Under the pieces are notes generated by a model that saw only the letters and a list, made by a program, of their open reading frames with translations, was not told the DNA's origin and searched no databases. A program made the translations under genes and the position numbers. From assembly GCA_951406725.2 (NCBI GenBank), contig OX597832.1, forward strand, positions 50,778,001-50,842,000: DNA of 64,000 nt, given 5' to 3'. The stretch's first letter is position 1; every line of letters starts with the position of its first letter. Source of the stretch: Octopus vulgaris. Its lineage: Eukaryota. This document shows, in pieces, positions 1 through 14,284 of the stretch.

Positions 1-170
1 CGCACATATGGTTGTGATGCATGTGCCTAGTGTACCCTTATCCGATGGGTAGTCATGATGGGTATACTGGGCTTCGTATATTTTACCCCAGTGTCACTTT
101 GATGGCATGCACTACTCTCTCACTCAATAATAATAATAATAATAACAATATTAATAATAATAAGAATAAT
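1..170 (+). mobile_element. Probable 3' end of a non-LTR retrotransposon with (TAA)n tail
   Basis: Unique sequence ending ...ctctctcactc followed directly by an (AAT)n run; truncated by the window start. Confidence 0.4.
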
Positions 171-171
171 A

Positions 172-680
172 ATCCTTTCTACTATAGGCACAAAGCCTGA
201 AATTTGGAGGAAGGACATAATCAATTACATCGATCCCATCGTTGATAAATCTTTTAAATTTTGGCACAAGGCCAGCAATTTTTAGGGCGAGAGGGTTAGT
301 CAATTACATCGATCTTAGTACTTGATTGGTATTTCACTTTGTCGAACCCACCCCCACCGCAAGTGGCAGAGGGGATGTAAAGTAAAGTTGATCTCGGCAG
401 GATTTGAACTCAAAACGTAATGAGTCGCAATAAATATCGCAAAGTAAGTTTGACTCTCTTCCTATTCTGCCAAAGCACCGCCGTAGGACATCATCATAAT
501 AATATTGGTTTCAAATTTTGGCACAAGGTCAGTAGTTTTGGGAGAGGAGCTAAGTCAATTAAATCGACCCCAGTGTCCAACTGGTATCTATTTTATTGAC
601 CCCACGAAAGGATTAAAGGAAAGCCAATCCCAGCGGCATTCGAACCTAGAGCGTAAAGACGGACGAAATAGCCTGGCGAT
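172..680 (-). mobile_element. Cluster of degenerate SINE family A copies, tail-2 variant
   Basis: Three partial matches to ggcacaaggcc..caattacatcgac..ggta..tcgaccc, with B-box-like ggatttgaactc (399-411). Confidence 0.65.
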
Positions 681-716
681 CATCATAATATTGGAAAGAT
701 AGATAGACAGACAGAT

Positions 717-876
717 AGGTGTAGGAGTGGCTGTGTGGTAAGTAGCTTGCTTACCGACCACATGGTCCCGGGTTTAGTTCCACTGCGTGGCACCTTGGGC
801 AAGTGTCTTCTACTATAGCTTCGGGCCGACCAAAGCCTTGTGAGTGGATTAGGTAGATGGAAACTGAAAGAAGCTA

Positions 877-920
<44 letters not shown>

Positions 921-1136
921 TTGTGTGTCTGCGTTTGTCCTCCCAACATCGCTTGACAACCGATGCTGGCGTATTTACGCCCCCGTAACTTAGCGGTTCG
1001 GCAAAAGAGACCGATAGAATAAGTACTAGGCTTCCAAAGAATAAGTCCTGGGGTGGATTTGCTCGACTAAAGGCGATGCTGTTGCATGGCCACAGTCAAA
1101 TTACTGAAACAAGTAAAAGAGTAAAAGAGTAAAGAG
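717..1136 (+). mobile_element. SINE family B (tRNA-derived head, CORE-like motif, internal microsatellite)
   Basis: A-box TGGCTGTGTGG, B-box-like GGTTTAGTTCC, CCTTGGGCAAGT CORE-like motif, internal (TA)n/(TG)n and an AAAAGAGT tail. Near-identical to 57495-57980 and 60715-61178. Confidence 0.88.
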
Positions 1137-1672
<536 letters not shown>

Positions 1673-1879
1673 GATTGTGTGTGTTTTTGAGTGAAGTGAA
1701 GCCCAACTTCTGTTGTCGTCTGCTTGTCGCATGTAGATACATGTGAACCGGAGATGGCGATTTGGTGCCGATTTATTTGAACAAAATAATATTCCCTGTT
1801 GCATGGGTGTTGTGTTAGAGGAAATGTTATGGGAAATGTTATGGGTATGTCCCTCTTTACGGTCTGTGTAAGCGTCTGC

Positions 1880-2268
1880 ACATTATGTGAGTGTGTTTGT
1901 GTGGTTATGTAGGTGATTGTATGTATGCGTAAGCGTGTGTGTGCATGTGTATGTATGTTTGTATGTGTGTGTATGTGTGAGTGTGCCTGTCTATATGTGT
2001 GTGCGCGCGTGAGCATGCGTAAGTGTCTGTGTGTGTGTGTGTGTGTGCATACGTAAGCATGTGTGTATATGTGCGTGTGTGTATGTGTGCATGTGTGAGT
2101 GTGTGTGTCTATATGTGTGCGCGCTTGGGTGCATGCGTAAGTGTTTGTGTGTGTGTGTGTGTGTGCATGCGTAAGCGTGTGTGTATATGTGCGTGTGTGT
2201 ATGTGTGCATGTGTGAGTGTTTGCGTATGTGCACGCGTGCGTATGCATGCGTAAGCGTGTGTGTGTGC

Positions 2269-2305
<37 letters not shown>

Positions 2306-2837
2306 CGTGCGCAAACGTGTGAGTATGTGTATGCGTGCATGTATGTGTGCATATGTAGTGCGCTCGCGCGTGTACGTATGCACGTTTGTGTGTGTATGTG
2401 TATGTGTTTATGTGTGTGTTTGTGTGTTTCTGAGCTTTTCGGGGTGTAGTCGAATGTCCTTGAGCTATGTCTGTACATGACCCCACGAGCGTGCGTATGT
2501 GTGCTATTGTGTGCGTATATGTGTGCGAGTGTGTGTGTGTGTGTGTGTGGATGCGAACATGTGCATGTATGCGTGAGTGTGTACATGCTTGCATACATGC
2601 TTGCATACATGCACGCATGTGTGTGTGTGTGTGTGTGTATTTGCATGAGTGTGTATATGTGAGTGTGTTTGTAAATATATTCGTTTTTGCGTGCGCGTAA
2701 AAATGTGTGTCTATGTATGCCTGGCTTTGGCTGCATGCCTGCATGTGTGTGTTTATAGATGAAAGCGTGTGCCCAATGTGTATGCGCCGCGTTTGTGTAT
2801 GTCCATGTATGTTTGTGTGTGTGTGTGTGTGTGTGTT

Positions 2838-2876
<39 letters not shown>

Positions 2877-2957
2877 GTGTGCATGTTTGAAAGCTAAAAT
2901 ATATATTTGTAAATATTTCTCTCTCTCTCTATGTATGTATGTATCTCTCTCTCCCCA

Positions 2958-2992
<35 letters not shown>

Positions 2993-3444
2993 GTGTATGT
3001 ATGTATGTATGTATGTATGTATGTATGTATGTATGTATGTATGCATGTATGTATATATATGTATGTATATATATGTATGCATGCATGTATGTATGTATGT
3101 ATGTATGTATGTATGCATGCATGTATGTATGTATGTATGTATGTATGCATGTATGTATGTATGTATGTATGTATGTATGTATGTATGTATATATGTATGT
3201 ATGTATGTATATATGCATGTATGTATGTATGTATGTATGTATGTATGTATGTATGTATATATATAGTTGAAAGAGATTGACAGATAAATATGTGAATAAA
3301 AGCTTAAATGAACAACACATATACAACATATATACAGAGAGAAAGAAAGAGGGAGAGAAAGAAAGAGGGAGAGAAAGAGAGAAGGAGAAACAGAAAAAGA
3401 AAGAGAGAGAAACAGCGAAAAAGAAAGAGAGAGAGAAACAGAAA

Positions 3445-3484
<40 letters not shown>

Positions 3485-3490
3485 ATGGAA
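1880..3490. repeat. Compound degenerate (GT)n / (TATG)n / (GA)n microsatellite field
   Basis: Directly visible; source of many spurious His/Thr and Cys/Val ORFs. Confidence 0.9.
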
Positions 3491-4211
3491 GAAACACTTA
3501 TTAAACAAAATCATAAATTTGTAATTAGTCCAGAATACGTAATTAAACCACCACATAAACGTATATTGATTTCTTTTTTAGAAGCACAAGACTTTGGAAT
3601 TAAATGGGAACTTTAAACGGAATGGCGTGTCATGTTTTTTTTTTGGTGAAATCTGGGGCCGTGACGTCACATGAACTTATCTTTAGATATTACGACACAG
3701 ACTGCATGGGCCAGCGTGCCAGAGAGGGCCGCTGGCTCAATGTGGTTGCTCGATCTGCTAGAAAAAAAACAGCCAAATATCCTCAGATCACGTCTCACTG
3801 TCTTAGAAAAGGATATATCGAGTAATGTCTTTCTGGGTTTCCTGCATACATGAAAAAGTTGGTACGGTCACGGTTGGAATCGACGTTTTGACCATAGTTT
3901 TTTTTTTTTTCAATCAAGTCTGATCAGAGGGCTGATCAGATTGAACTTCTGGTTCAAGGGATCCAGCCTTGACACATTTTGCGTCATGCTGATTCGCTCT
4001 CAGAATTTTGTTAAAGGGTACATCGTGTCTGCGGAATACGCAGCCACGTTATGAGTTCATCTAAAGATTGTCCGTCGAGATTGTCCGGCGATCCACAATT
4101 AAAAAAAATACTTTTCTACACTAGCCATAAGGCCCGACATTTTTTGGGGAGGGTGCCAGTCGATTAGATCAACCGCAGTACGCAACTGGTACTCAATTTA
4201 TTATTTCCAAA

Positions 4212-4443
4212 AGGCGGCGAGCTGGCAGAAACGTTAGCACGCCGGGCGAAATGCGTAGCCATATTTCGTCTGCCGTTACGTTCTGAGTTCAAATTCCGCC
4301 GAGGTCGACTTTGCCTTTCATCCTTTCGGGGTCGATAAACTAAGTACCAGTTACACACTGGGGTCGATGTAATCGACTTAATCCGTTTGTCTGTCCTTGT
4401 TTGTCCTCTCTGTGTTTAGCCCCTTGTGGGTAGTAAAGAAATA
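4212..4443 (+). mobile_element. SINE family A (tail-1), full length, nested antisense in an older family A tail-2 copy (about 4110-4555)
   Basis: GGCGGCGAGCTGGCAGAA head, GAGTTCAAATTCC B-box and GCCTTTCATCCTTTCGGGGTCGATAAA core. Flanking duplication GGTACT(C/T)AATTTATT at 4188-4202 and 4444-4458. Confidence 0.88.
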
Positions 4444-4587
4444 GGTACTTAATTTATTGTCCCCGAAAGGATGAAAGGCAAAGTCGACCTCGGCGGAATT
4501 TGATGTCATAACGTAAAGACAGACGAAATGCCGCGAAGCATTTCGCCCGGCGTGATTGAATATAAATAAAATAAAATTAAATAAGAT

Positions 4588-4683
4588 ACTGTGTGGCACG
4601 TTGGGCAAGTGATTTCTACTAGTCCTGAGCCTACCAAAACCTTGTGAATGCATTTGGTTGACAGAAACTGAAAGAAGCCCGCA

Positions 4684-4760
<77 letters not shown>

Positions 4761-4786
4761 TGTGTGTGTTTGTGTGTGTGTATGTA

Positions 4787-4848
<62 letters not shown>

Positions 4849-5640
4849 AGGTCACTTTCGAGTGCTACTGGCAACATGTAACCCAGTACAACCTGTTGCA
4901 TGGTCGGGTCGTCGGCGACTAAACCGGCAACCCCACCAAGCTTGCTTGGTGAGGAGGGTGTTTATTGGACACCCTGCGGGATGAAAACAAAACCCGTCAA
5001 AGGGAGGAGGAACTCTTGAGAGTCAACGGCCATCCAATAAATGTCTTAAGGCTGTATCATGCGCGGGGACATAGAAATGATCGGACTGAATACCCGATCG
5101 CGCGGTTAAACCATTGAGAGTGAAGGACTCCCAGCCTTTGTTAGGGCATCCTTCTAGGAGAAGGTAACTCAGGTAACTGGGATAACTCCGACATAAAACC
5201 TACGACTCAGTGGTTACCGATGATGTTGACTTGTTCTTCTTTTCCGATTATGGCTGCTGTTGCTTAGTGAGTGGAATTGACTCTGTGCACAGCCCTTCCT
5301 CACTTTAAAAAAAATCTTCTTGCACAGGCATTGCACGATAACAGCATTGATTAAGCTTCGTGCAATGGCCATCCTCGATAACGAGGGGGCAGCCACCATG
5401 TATGTATGTATGTATGTATGTATGTATGTGCGTGTGTATGCGTGTCTGTCTGTTTGTCCTTCGTCACCGCTTGATAAGTGGTGTTGGTGTGGTGTGCTAC
5501 GTCACCGTAGTGTAGCGGTTCGACAAAAGAGACCGATTGAGCAACTAACAGTCTTTGAAAAATAAGTACTGAGGTTCGATTCTTTGAGTAAAAAAGTTCC
5601 TCAAGGTGCTCCCCCAGCATTGCTGCAGTCTAAAGAGGAA
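4588..5640 (+). mobile_element. SINE family B split by an insertion in its internal microsatellite
   Basis: The 5' half (4588-4683) and 3' half (about 5440-5640) match family B. Confidence 0.7.
4850..5398 (+). mobile_element. Probable RTE-clade retrotransposon 5' UTR fragment
   Basis: Unique GC-richer insert containing GGGCATCCTTCTAGGAGAAGGTAACTC, resembling the recurring RTE 5'-UTR motif (recalled, not searched). Confidence 0.45.
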
Positions 5641-5714
5641 AAAAATGGTGCTTTACCATTTCTGCTACTCCATAAGGGTTTTTTGACCTAGGTAAACAAG
5701 GCCGTTCTATAGAC

Positions 5715-5915
5715 CAGTGCTTTTCAAACTTTTTGCTGGGGCGGAACCCCAAGGAAACATTCCACTGGCTCGAGGAACCCCTGTGCAATAATTTAATAGT
5801 TTTATGCACACATATCTGCGCAGGAGAATTAAACATTACTGCCGATTTTAGCAGTTTTGTAACTTCTTGCGAAACCCCTGGACTGTACTGGCGGAACCCT
5901 GGTTGAAAACCACTG
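5715..5915. mobile_element. hAT (Charlie-like) MITE
   Basis: TIRs CAGTGCTTTTCAAAC / GGTTGAAAACCACTG and an 8-bp TSD ctatagac/ccatagac. Second copy at 38627-38845. Confidence 0.88.
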
Positions 5916-6399
5916 CCATAGACCATAAGCTGATATGGGAAACCAATGGGATTGAGAGATGCTCATGCTTTTCGCAAGGGCATTAAATACGGCAATTAAA
6001 GAGAAATGTTTTCAAACCGGAAATGGAAACCAAGTTTTGAAGCCAATTCTCTTTATTTATAAAGCCTCAGATGGAATGAAGGACGAACTGGCTGCTGGTG
6101 GGATCAGAATTCATGACCTCACTCTAAAGGAACATAAATAAATAATATAAATACATACATACATACATATATATACACACACACATAAATTAATACATAC
6201 ATACATACATACATACATACATACATACATACATACATACATACATACATACATACATACACACACACACGCACATATATACATACATACATACATACAT
6301 ACATACATACATACATACATACATACATACATACATACATACATACATACATACATACACACACACGCATTCTTTTCAACATGTGATCTCTTAAGCACC

Positions 6400-6593
6400 A
6401 CCAGCTCAAATATTGTCTCCTCTGTCTTCCCTCCTTGGGATCTTTCCTTCTACTTGTTTCCGACGAAGAGCTCCGCTCGAAACGTTAAACCCTCCTTCCC
6501 TTCTTTCCTGAGCGTCAATAATACTTTAATTGTTCCACGTCCTGCGTTGCTGTGTTTTTTTCCCTTTTTTTCTGTGTTTTCTTGTTTGGATTA

Positions 6594-6600
<7 letters not shown>
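6400..6600 (+). mobile_element. Short Penelope-like (pLTR-type) element carrying a minimal hammerhead motif, subfamily 1
   Basis: Homologous to 16280-16470; ends in (TA)n; hammerhead-like motif at 6456-6490. Confidence 0.6.
6456..6490 (+). ncRNA. Minimal type-I hammerhead ribozyme-like motif (U4C core)
   Basis: GTTT-CCGACGA-A-GAGC(TCC)GCTC-GAAAC-GTT-AAAC: stem I GTTT/AAAC, a stem II hairpin and a palindromic stem III. Confidence 0.6.
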
Positions 6601-6668
<68 letters not shown>

Positions 6669-6674
6669 ATGTAT

Positions 6675-6806
6675 CGTTAGCCACTACATACATTTTTTTC
6701 TCTCTTTGTTTCTCTCCTTGTTTTCTGTGTCCCTTTCTGTACATACATACATACATACATGCATACATGCATACATACATACATACATACATACATACAT
6801 ACATGC

Positions 6807-6884
<78 letters not shown>

Positions 6885-7068
6885 CGGTAGCCACTACACA
6901 TTCTTTATTTTCTCGCCTTGTTTCTTTCTGTGTCCCATTCTGTAGAAGAGCGTAGGCTCGAAACGTAAAATACTTTTTCTATCCCTGAGCGTTATACTAA
7001 TACATCTGTTTGTTTTGTACACCACCTGTCTTCGTCTTTTGTTTTTTTCATAAATTCTCCCTATATAT
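6675..7068 (+). mobile_element. Hammerhead-bearing short element, subfamily 2 (partial duplicate plus full copy separated by microsatellite)
   Basis: Homologous to 21685-21880 and to 62143-62208 (-). Motif CTGTAGA-A-GAGC(GTAG)GCTC-GAAACGTA at about 6936-6971. Confidence 0.55.
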
Positions 7069-7069
7069 C

Positions 7070-7530
7070 GTCTTCATCAGCATCATTTAACGTCCTTTGT
7101 CCATGCGGGCATGCGTTGGACGGTTTGAGCAGGGCTGGTCAGCTAGAAGCCTGCAGACTGATTTTGCATGGTTTTCTACGGCTGGATGCCCTTCCTAACA
7201 CCAACCATTCCGAGAATGTAATGGGTGCTTTTACGTGCCGCCGGCACGAGTGCCATTTGCGGTGACACTGGTATTTGTCACGACTGCGATTTTTCTCGGC
7301 TTGATGGGTCTTCTTCTCAAGCAGGACATAATGCCAAAGGTCTCGATCATTGCCTCCGTGAGGCCCAATGCTCCAACGATGCTTTTACGTGCCACCAGCA
7401 TCGCTGCCAGTTACGTGACACCAGCATCAGCTGTGATTACAATTTCAGTTGGTTTCGCGGGTCTTCTCAAGCACAGCATATTGCCAAATGTCTCGGTCAC
7501 TGGTCATTGTCTCTGTGAGGCCCAAAGTTC
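7070..7530 (-). mobile_element. SINE/RTE-related element 3' portion
   Basis: The minus strand reads GGTTGGTGTTAGGAAGGGCATCCAGCCGTAGAAA...CAAACCGTCCAAC..GCATGGA..GGACGTTAAATGATG with a TGA-repeat tail. There is an internal duplication starting gcttttacgtgcc. Confidence 0.6.
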
Positions 7531-7534
7531 GTCC

Positions 7535-7905
7535 AATGTCTTTCTGGATCTACCTCTAACACAGGTTCTCTCCACAGTTAGAGATCGGCACTTCTTTACA
7601 CAGCTATCCTCGTCCATACGCATCACATGACCATACCAGTGCAGTTATCTCTCTTGCACCCCACATCTGATGCCTCTTGTGCCTAACTTTTCTCTCAAGA
7701 TGCTTACACTCTGTCAAACACGCACGCTGACATTGCACACCCAGCGAAACATACTGGCTTCAAATTTTCAAGACTACTCATGTCCTCGGTTGTCACAGCC
7801 CATGTTTCACTGCTATGGAGCGTAGCTGTTCGCACACAGGCATCATACAATCTGCCTTTCACTCTGAGAGAGAGGCCCTTTGCTGCCAGCAGAGGTAGGA
7901 GTGGT
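7535..7905 (-). pseudogene. RTE-clade LINE ORF C-terminal fragment (degenerate)
   Basis: Minus-strand translation LLPLLAAKGLSLRVKGRLYDACVRTATLHSSETW...LREKLG..I...VQER*LHWYGHVMRMDEDSCVKKC...RGRSRK matches the RTE post-RT region (SETW; RL.W.GHV.R; RGRP.K), with stops. Confidence 0.85.
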
Positions 7906-8069
7906 AGCGGTATATAGAAATAACTATGTGTATTGATGGAAAACCTCTATGAATGGCTGAAGATTGTTCAACATTTTAAAGCTGATGTAATACTTACAAT
8001 GTTTAATAAAATGATGTAGCATGAAACGGTCGTATCAAATTACCGAAGATATTCTTGTTGATTACTTTG

Positions 8070-8115
<46 letters not shown>

Positions 8116-8546
8116 TTTTGTTCTAAAGTCGCTGGCATTTTAATGAAAGCAAAACTGCAATTTTTTGTCGTAAGTTGTATTAAGTTCATCATTTTCACCC
8201 CCCCCCACACACACACCACATATAATTAAATTATAAACACTTTCGCTTTCAAAATATTATCCTTTACATAGCATTTATATATGCAGGGCATCGTTCACGC
8301 GAAGTTGTCAACGGCACTGATTTCATCGATCTAAGAAATGTAAGCGTGTGCGTGCGTTTCCACACGCCCCCACCTCCCAGACATGGATAGAAACCTTAGG
8401 CAATATCTTTCATTATATGCTAGTGCTGACCAAGACCTTGTGAGTAGACCAAAACCATGTGGTAGACAGAAACTCAAAGATCAACTCAAGTATGTATGTA
8501 TGTATGTATGTATGTATGTATGTATGTATGTATGTATGTATGTATG

Positions 8547-8798
8547 TTATTATTCAGATTTATTTCAAGATTTCCTGCTAATAGAGAAAGAGCAGGTTTC
8601 TAACCTACATCCAAGGCTCTTTCACTGGAATTTCAACATCAACAACAGGGTATTTTTCTATGTATGTATGTATGTATGTATGTATGTATGTATGTATGTA
8701 TGTATGTATGTATGTATGTATGTGTGATGTATGTATGTATGTATGTATGTATGTATGTATGTATGTACGTATGTATGTATGTATGTGTGATGTATGTA

Positions 8799-8834
<36 letters not shown>

Positions 8835-9249
8835 TGCATATATGTATGTATGTATGCATGCATGCATGTATGTATGTATGCATGTATGTATGCATGAGGG
8901 CAGATTTGTATGTTTTGCTTTATGTATGTATTCACATGCATATAGTTGCATATCTAGACACGTTCATATATATTTAAATGATAAACTTCTGGAATGTTTT
9001 ACAGATTTTTACAGTTCCAATGATGGATTGGATCTGTCGTCTTCGAATTAGCTTTCTCATTTCTGGTTTTGAGAAGCCAAATCTCTCAAGATGGTATTTA
9101 GGCAGTGTGTAACATATCCCAGGGCCCCAATAATTACAGGTATAAGCCTGAACTTGTAATCCGGATAGAGGAATAGAGGAACTGCAGATTTCTCAGTAGT
9201 TCAGCATAGATATTCTCTTTTTTCATTGATATTCAGTTTTATGTTAACA
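8547..9249 (-). mobile_element. R4/Dong-clade non-LTR retrotransposon 3' fragment (restriction-like endonuclease C-terminus plus 3' UTR)
   Basis: The minus strand at 9249-8974 translates, with frameshifts, as [35 protein letters not shown]...GFSKPEMRKLIRRRQIQSIIGTVKICKTF*. The 3' end is ...aaataaatctgaataataa (TAA tail). Confidence 0.75.
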
Positions 9250-9439
9250 TGTATGTATGTATGTATGTATGTATGTATGTATGTATGTATGTATGTATGT
9301 ATGTATGTATGTATGTATGTGCGTAGGTAGGTAGGTAGGTATGAATGCATATGTAGGTATGTTAGTATATATATATAATAGAAATATTAAAATTACTAAG
9401 TCTCTCTAAAGGAGATTACGGCAGCGTTACTGGAAATTA

Positions 9440-9624
9440 ATAGTTATCGCCGTACTAATATGGCAGTCTTATAAATATAAGACTAAAGCTGTCGCTGATT
9501 AGCTCCAAGAGGCCACCGCCTCTAGCTAGCTATTTGACACACAACCTGCGTCCATTACAAACCTTCGAACAGGGGAGGTCAGCTTTAGTCTTATATCTAT
9601 AAGACTGCTATATTAGTATGGCGA

Positions 9625-9631
<7 letters not shown>
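9440..9631. mobile_element. Foldback/MITE-like element with about 52-bp inverted arms
   Basis: 9440-9491 is the near-perfect reverse complement of 9580-9631; it abuts (TA)n. Confidence 0.7.
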
Positions 9632-9689
<58 letters not shown>

Positions 9690-9899
9690 CTGTATGAATG
9701 TATATATGTATGTATGTACCGATGCATGTATGAGGAAACGAACACATGTATGTGTTCCCCTTAAAATCCATGGATTTTGAAAATCGTATTTGTAATATCC
9801 TATGGATGGGTAATACAAAAAACTAGAGCATGGAGTTTGTGGAAACGTACGTAGCATTATAGGATTTATGAATAACCATTCAAAACTACTTGTTATTAC

Positions 9900-11050
<1,151 letters not shown>

Positions 11051-11229
11051 AGAGGTAAAAGCGGGTAGTGGAATTGGTGCATAAAAGTGTGTCTATTTAT
11101 AGACCTGGGAACTTTCTCGTCTAACGTTCCAAATAGATTTCTTTGGTTATTCTTGATAGTCACGTGGGCTGCAGTGTGCTGCCATGTTGGTAACATCGGC
11201 GCAGCTAGCACCAGCCGAAGTAGCAGCGG

Positions 11230-11596
11230 ACAATGAGGAGGAGGCGGAGGAGGAGAGTAGAACAGCAGCAGCAGTGAGCAGCTGATATTAAATGAGGGAG
11301 GAACTACCAGCAGCAACACCAGCAGCAACACTAGCAGCAACTGGTGCAGGTGGTGCATCAACAGCAGCAGAAATGAGAGATATAGGCTGCTAACAAGAAC
11401 AGCAGCACAAAAGTTGCGGCGGCGGCAGCATCAGCAGCAACAACAACAGCAGCATCAACAACAGCAGCAGCAACAACAGCAGCAACAATAGCAGCAGCAG
11501 CAGCAGCAATAGCAGCAGCAATAGCAGCAGCAATAGCAGCAGCAACAACAGCAGCAGCAGCAACAACAACATCATCAAAAACAACAGCAGCAGCAA

Positions 11597-11628
<32 letters not shown>

Positions 11629-11752
11629 ACAACAACTGCAGCAGCAGCAACAACAACAGCAGCATCAACAACAGCAGCAGCAGAAACAACAGCAGCAGCA
11701 ACAACAGCAGCAGCAACAGCAGCAACAGCAACAACAGCAACAGCAACAACAG

Positions 11753-11787
<35 letters not shown>

Positions 11788-11818
11788 GCAGCAGCAACAA
11801 CAGCAGCAACAACAGCAA

Positions 11819-11851
<33 letters not shown>

Positions 11852-11923
11852 AGGCAGGAACAATAACGACAATAACTGCAATAATTCTAATCACAACTAC
11901 AAGTGCAATGAAAGCGAAAAGAG

Positions 11924-11961
<38 letters not shown>

Positions 11962-12069
11962 ACTCCTTTTATTGCTGCTGCTGCTGCTGCTACTACTACT
12001 ACTACAATACTACTACAACTGCAATAATTCTAATCACAACTACAAGTGCAATGAAAGCGAAAAGAGCTA

Positions 12070-12107
<38 letters not shown>

Positions 12108-12123
12108 ACTCCTGCTACTACTG

Positions 12124-12162
<39 letters not shown>

Positions 12163-12583
12163 TTGCCGCTGCTGCTGCCGGTACTACTACAACAGCAATA
12201 ACTGTAACAGTGATAACTGCCGTAACAACAGCAACAACAACAACGACTACAACAAGAGTTGCAGCAATAATACGCATCAACAACAATTGCACAAACAGCA
12301 ACAACAACAACAACTACTACTACTACAGCATGCAGCAGCAGCAGCAGTAATAACAATAACTACGACAGCAACAAAAACGACGGTATTAACAAGGACGCTG
12401 ACAATGAAGCAACGCCTTTGAAGTCACTCGACATGCTAGAAAGAGCAACTGAATCTTTCTCTTAAGAAAGGACGGACACTTTGGAGAACATAATCTTAGA
12501 TAAAAAAAAACGGGATGGTCATCAGTAGAGCGCGTTTAATTAAAGGTTTAGTGGATCAGAGCTGACTGCAATAACATCATCAT

Positions 12584-12628
<45 letters not shown>

Positions 12629-13350
12629 TTGCAGCAGCAACAAAAGCGTAGCTGTAACAACAATATCAACAACAACAGGTGTAATAGCAACAACTGATAT
12701 TAGCGGCGTTAGCAACAGAACTTGCAACAAAGATAGCAGCACAGCTGTAATGGTAACAGAAGCAGTAAGCGACAGCAGCATTACTAACACCAATAGCAAC
12801 GGTAATAATAATAGCAACTGTGACTGCAACAACAACAGCAGCAATAGCAAAGCAACAACAATAGCAACAAGGCCATCGATAATCAGCAACAGCAGCAGCG
12901 GCAGCGGCAGCAGCAAAAGACAAAAATAGCAACAACCCTAACACAACAATAGCAACGAGAATAGCGGTAGCAACGTTAGCAACAGCGACGCTGATTGCTA
13001 CAGTAATATCGACAGCAATAGCAACAGCAACAACGACAGCAGCAACATCGATAGCATTAGCAACAACAACGACAACAATAGTAACAACAACAACAAAAAC
13101 AACAACAATTACAGCAATAGCAACAACAACAATGACAGCAATAGTAACAACAGCAACGACAGCATTAGCACCAGCGATAGCAACGGAAGCAGCAGTAGCA
13201 GCTGCATCAACAACAACTACAATAACGACGACGACGATGACAGCCTAATCAATAAAGGCAGCATTAGCAACAATGACAGCAACAGCAACTGCAACGAGAG
13301 CAACAGATGTAACAAAGACAATATTAGCAGCAATACGACAACAGCAACAG
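11230..13350. repeat. Degenerate CAG/CAA/CTA trinucleotide field with an internal ~90-bp duplication (about 11870-11960 and 12015-12110)
   Basis: Directly visible; frameshifts and stops in the + frames. Confidence 0.85.
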
Positions 13351-13740
13351 TGGAGGCACAATGGCCCAGTGGTTAGGGCAGCGGATTCGCGGTCGTAAGA
13401 ACGCTGTTTCGATTCTCAGACCGGGCATTGTGAGTGTTTATTGAGCAAAAACACCTAAGCTTCACGAGGCTCCGGTAGGGCGTGATAGTGAACACCGCTG
13501 TAGTCTTTCACCACAACTTTCTCTCACTCTTTCTTCCTACTTCTGCCACAAAGCAGAGGAACCATGGTGTAACCCACTATGGTGTGGTAAACTTTCAGAC
13601 CCTAGATTGCAAATGCTCTGTACCCCAGGATGGTTCAGCTCGCCACCCGTTAAAAGCCACCGTTTACGGAATGAGGATAACAACATAGCTTTCGCACCCG
13701 TGCAACCGCCTGTCTATCGCGTGTGGTGGGTGGATCTTCA
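13351..13740 (+). mobile_element. SINE family C (tRNA-Arg-like head), long-tail variant, truncated by a family A array
   Basis: GGAGGCACAATGGCCCAGTGGTTAGGGCAGCGGATTCGCGG..TTTCGATTC head; homologous to 35436-35973. Confidence 0.8.
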
Positions 13741-14270
13741 ATTTATCGACCCCGAAAGGATGAAAGGCAAAGTCGACCTCGGCAGAATTTGAACTCAGAA
13801 TGTAACGGCAGACGAAATACGGCTACGCATTTCGGCCGGCGTGCTAACGTTTCTAATTTCTTTACTACCCACAAGGGGTTAAACATAGAGGGGACAAACA
13901 AGGACAGACAAACGGATTAAGTCGATTGCATCGACCCAGTGCGTAACTGGTACTTAATTTATCGACCCCGAAAGGATGAAAGGCAAAGTCGACCTCGGCG
14001 GAATTTGAACTCAGAACGAAGCGGCAGACGAAATACCTATTTCTTTACTACCCACAAGGGGCTAAACACAGAGGGGACAAACAAGGACAGACAAACGGAA
14101 TAAGTCGATTGCATCGATCCCAGTGCGTAACTGGTACTTAATTTATCGACCCCGAAAGGATGAAAGGCAAAGTCGACCTCGGCGGAATTTGAACTCAGAA
14201 CGTAGCGGCAGACGAAATACGGCCACGCGTTTCGGCCGGCTTGCCAACGTTTCTGCCAACTCGCCGCCTT
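13741..14270 (-). mobile_element. Tandem trimer of SINE family A
   Basis: Three head-to-tail units, with junctions at about 14037 (tail joined to GGTATTTCGTC) and about 13854. Confidence 0.88.
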
Positions 14271-14284
14271 TATAGTCAAACGAT

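Noticed and set aside
11184-11285. Short ATG-initiated ORF (MLVTSAQLAPAEVAADNEEE...) at the start of the CAG field
   Set aside because: It is 33 codons long, with no homology signal and no donor site.
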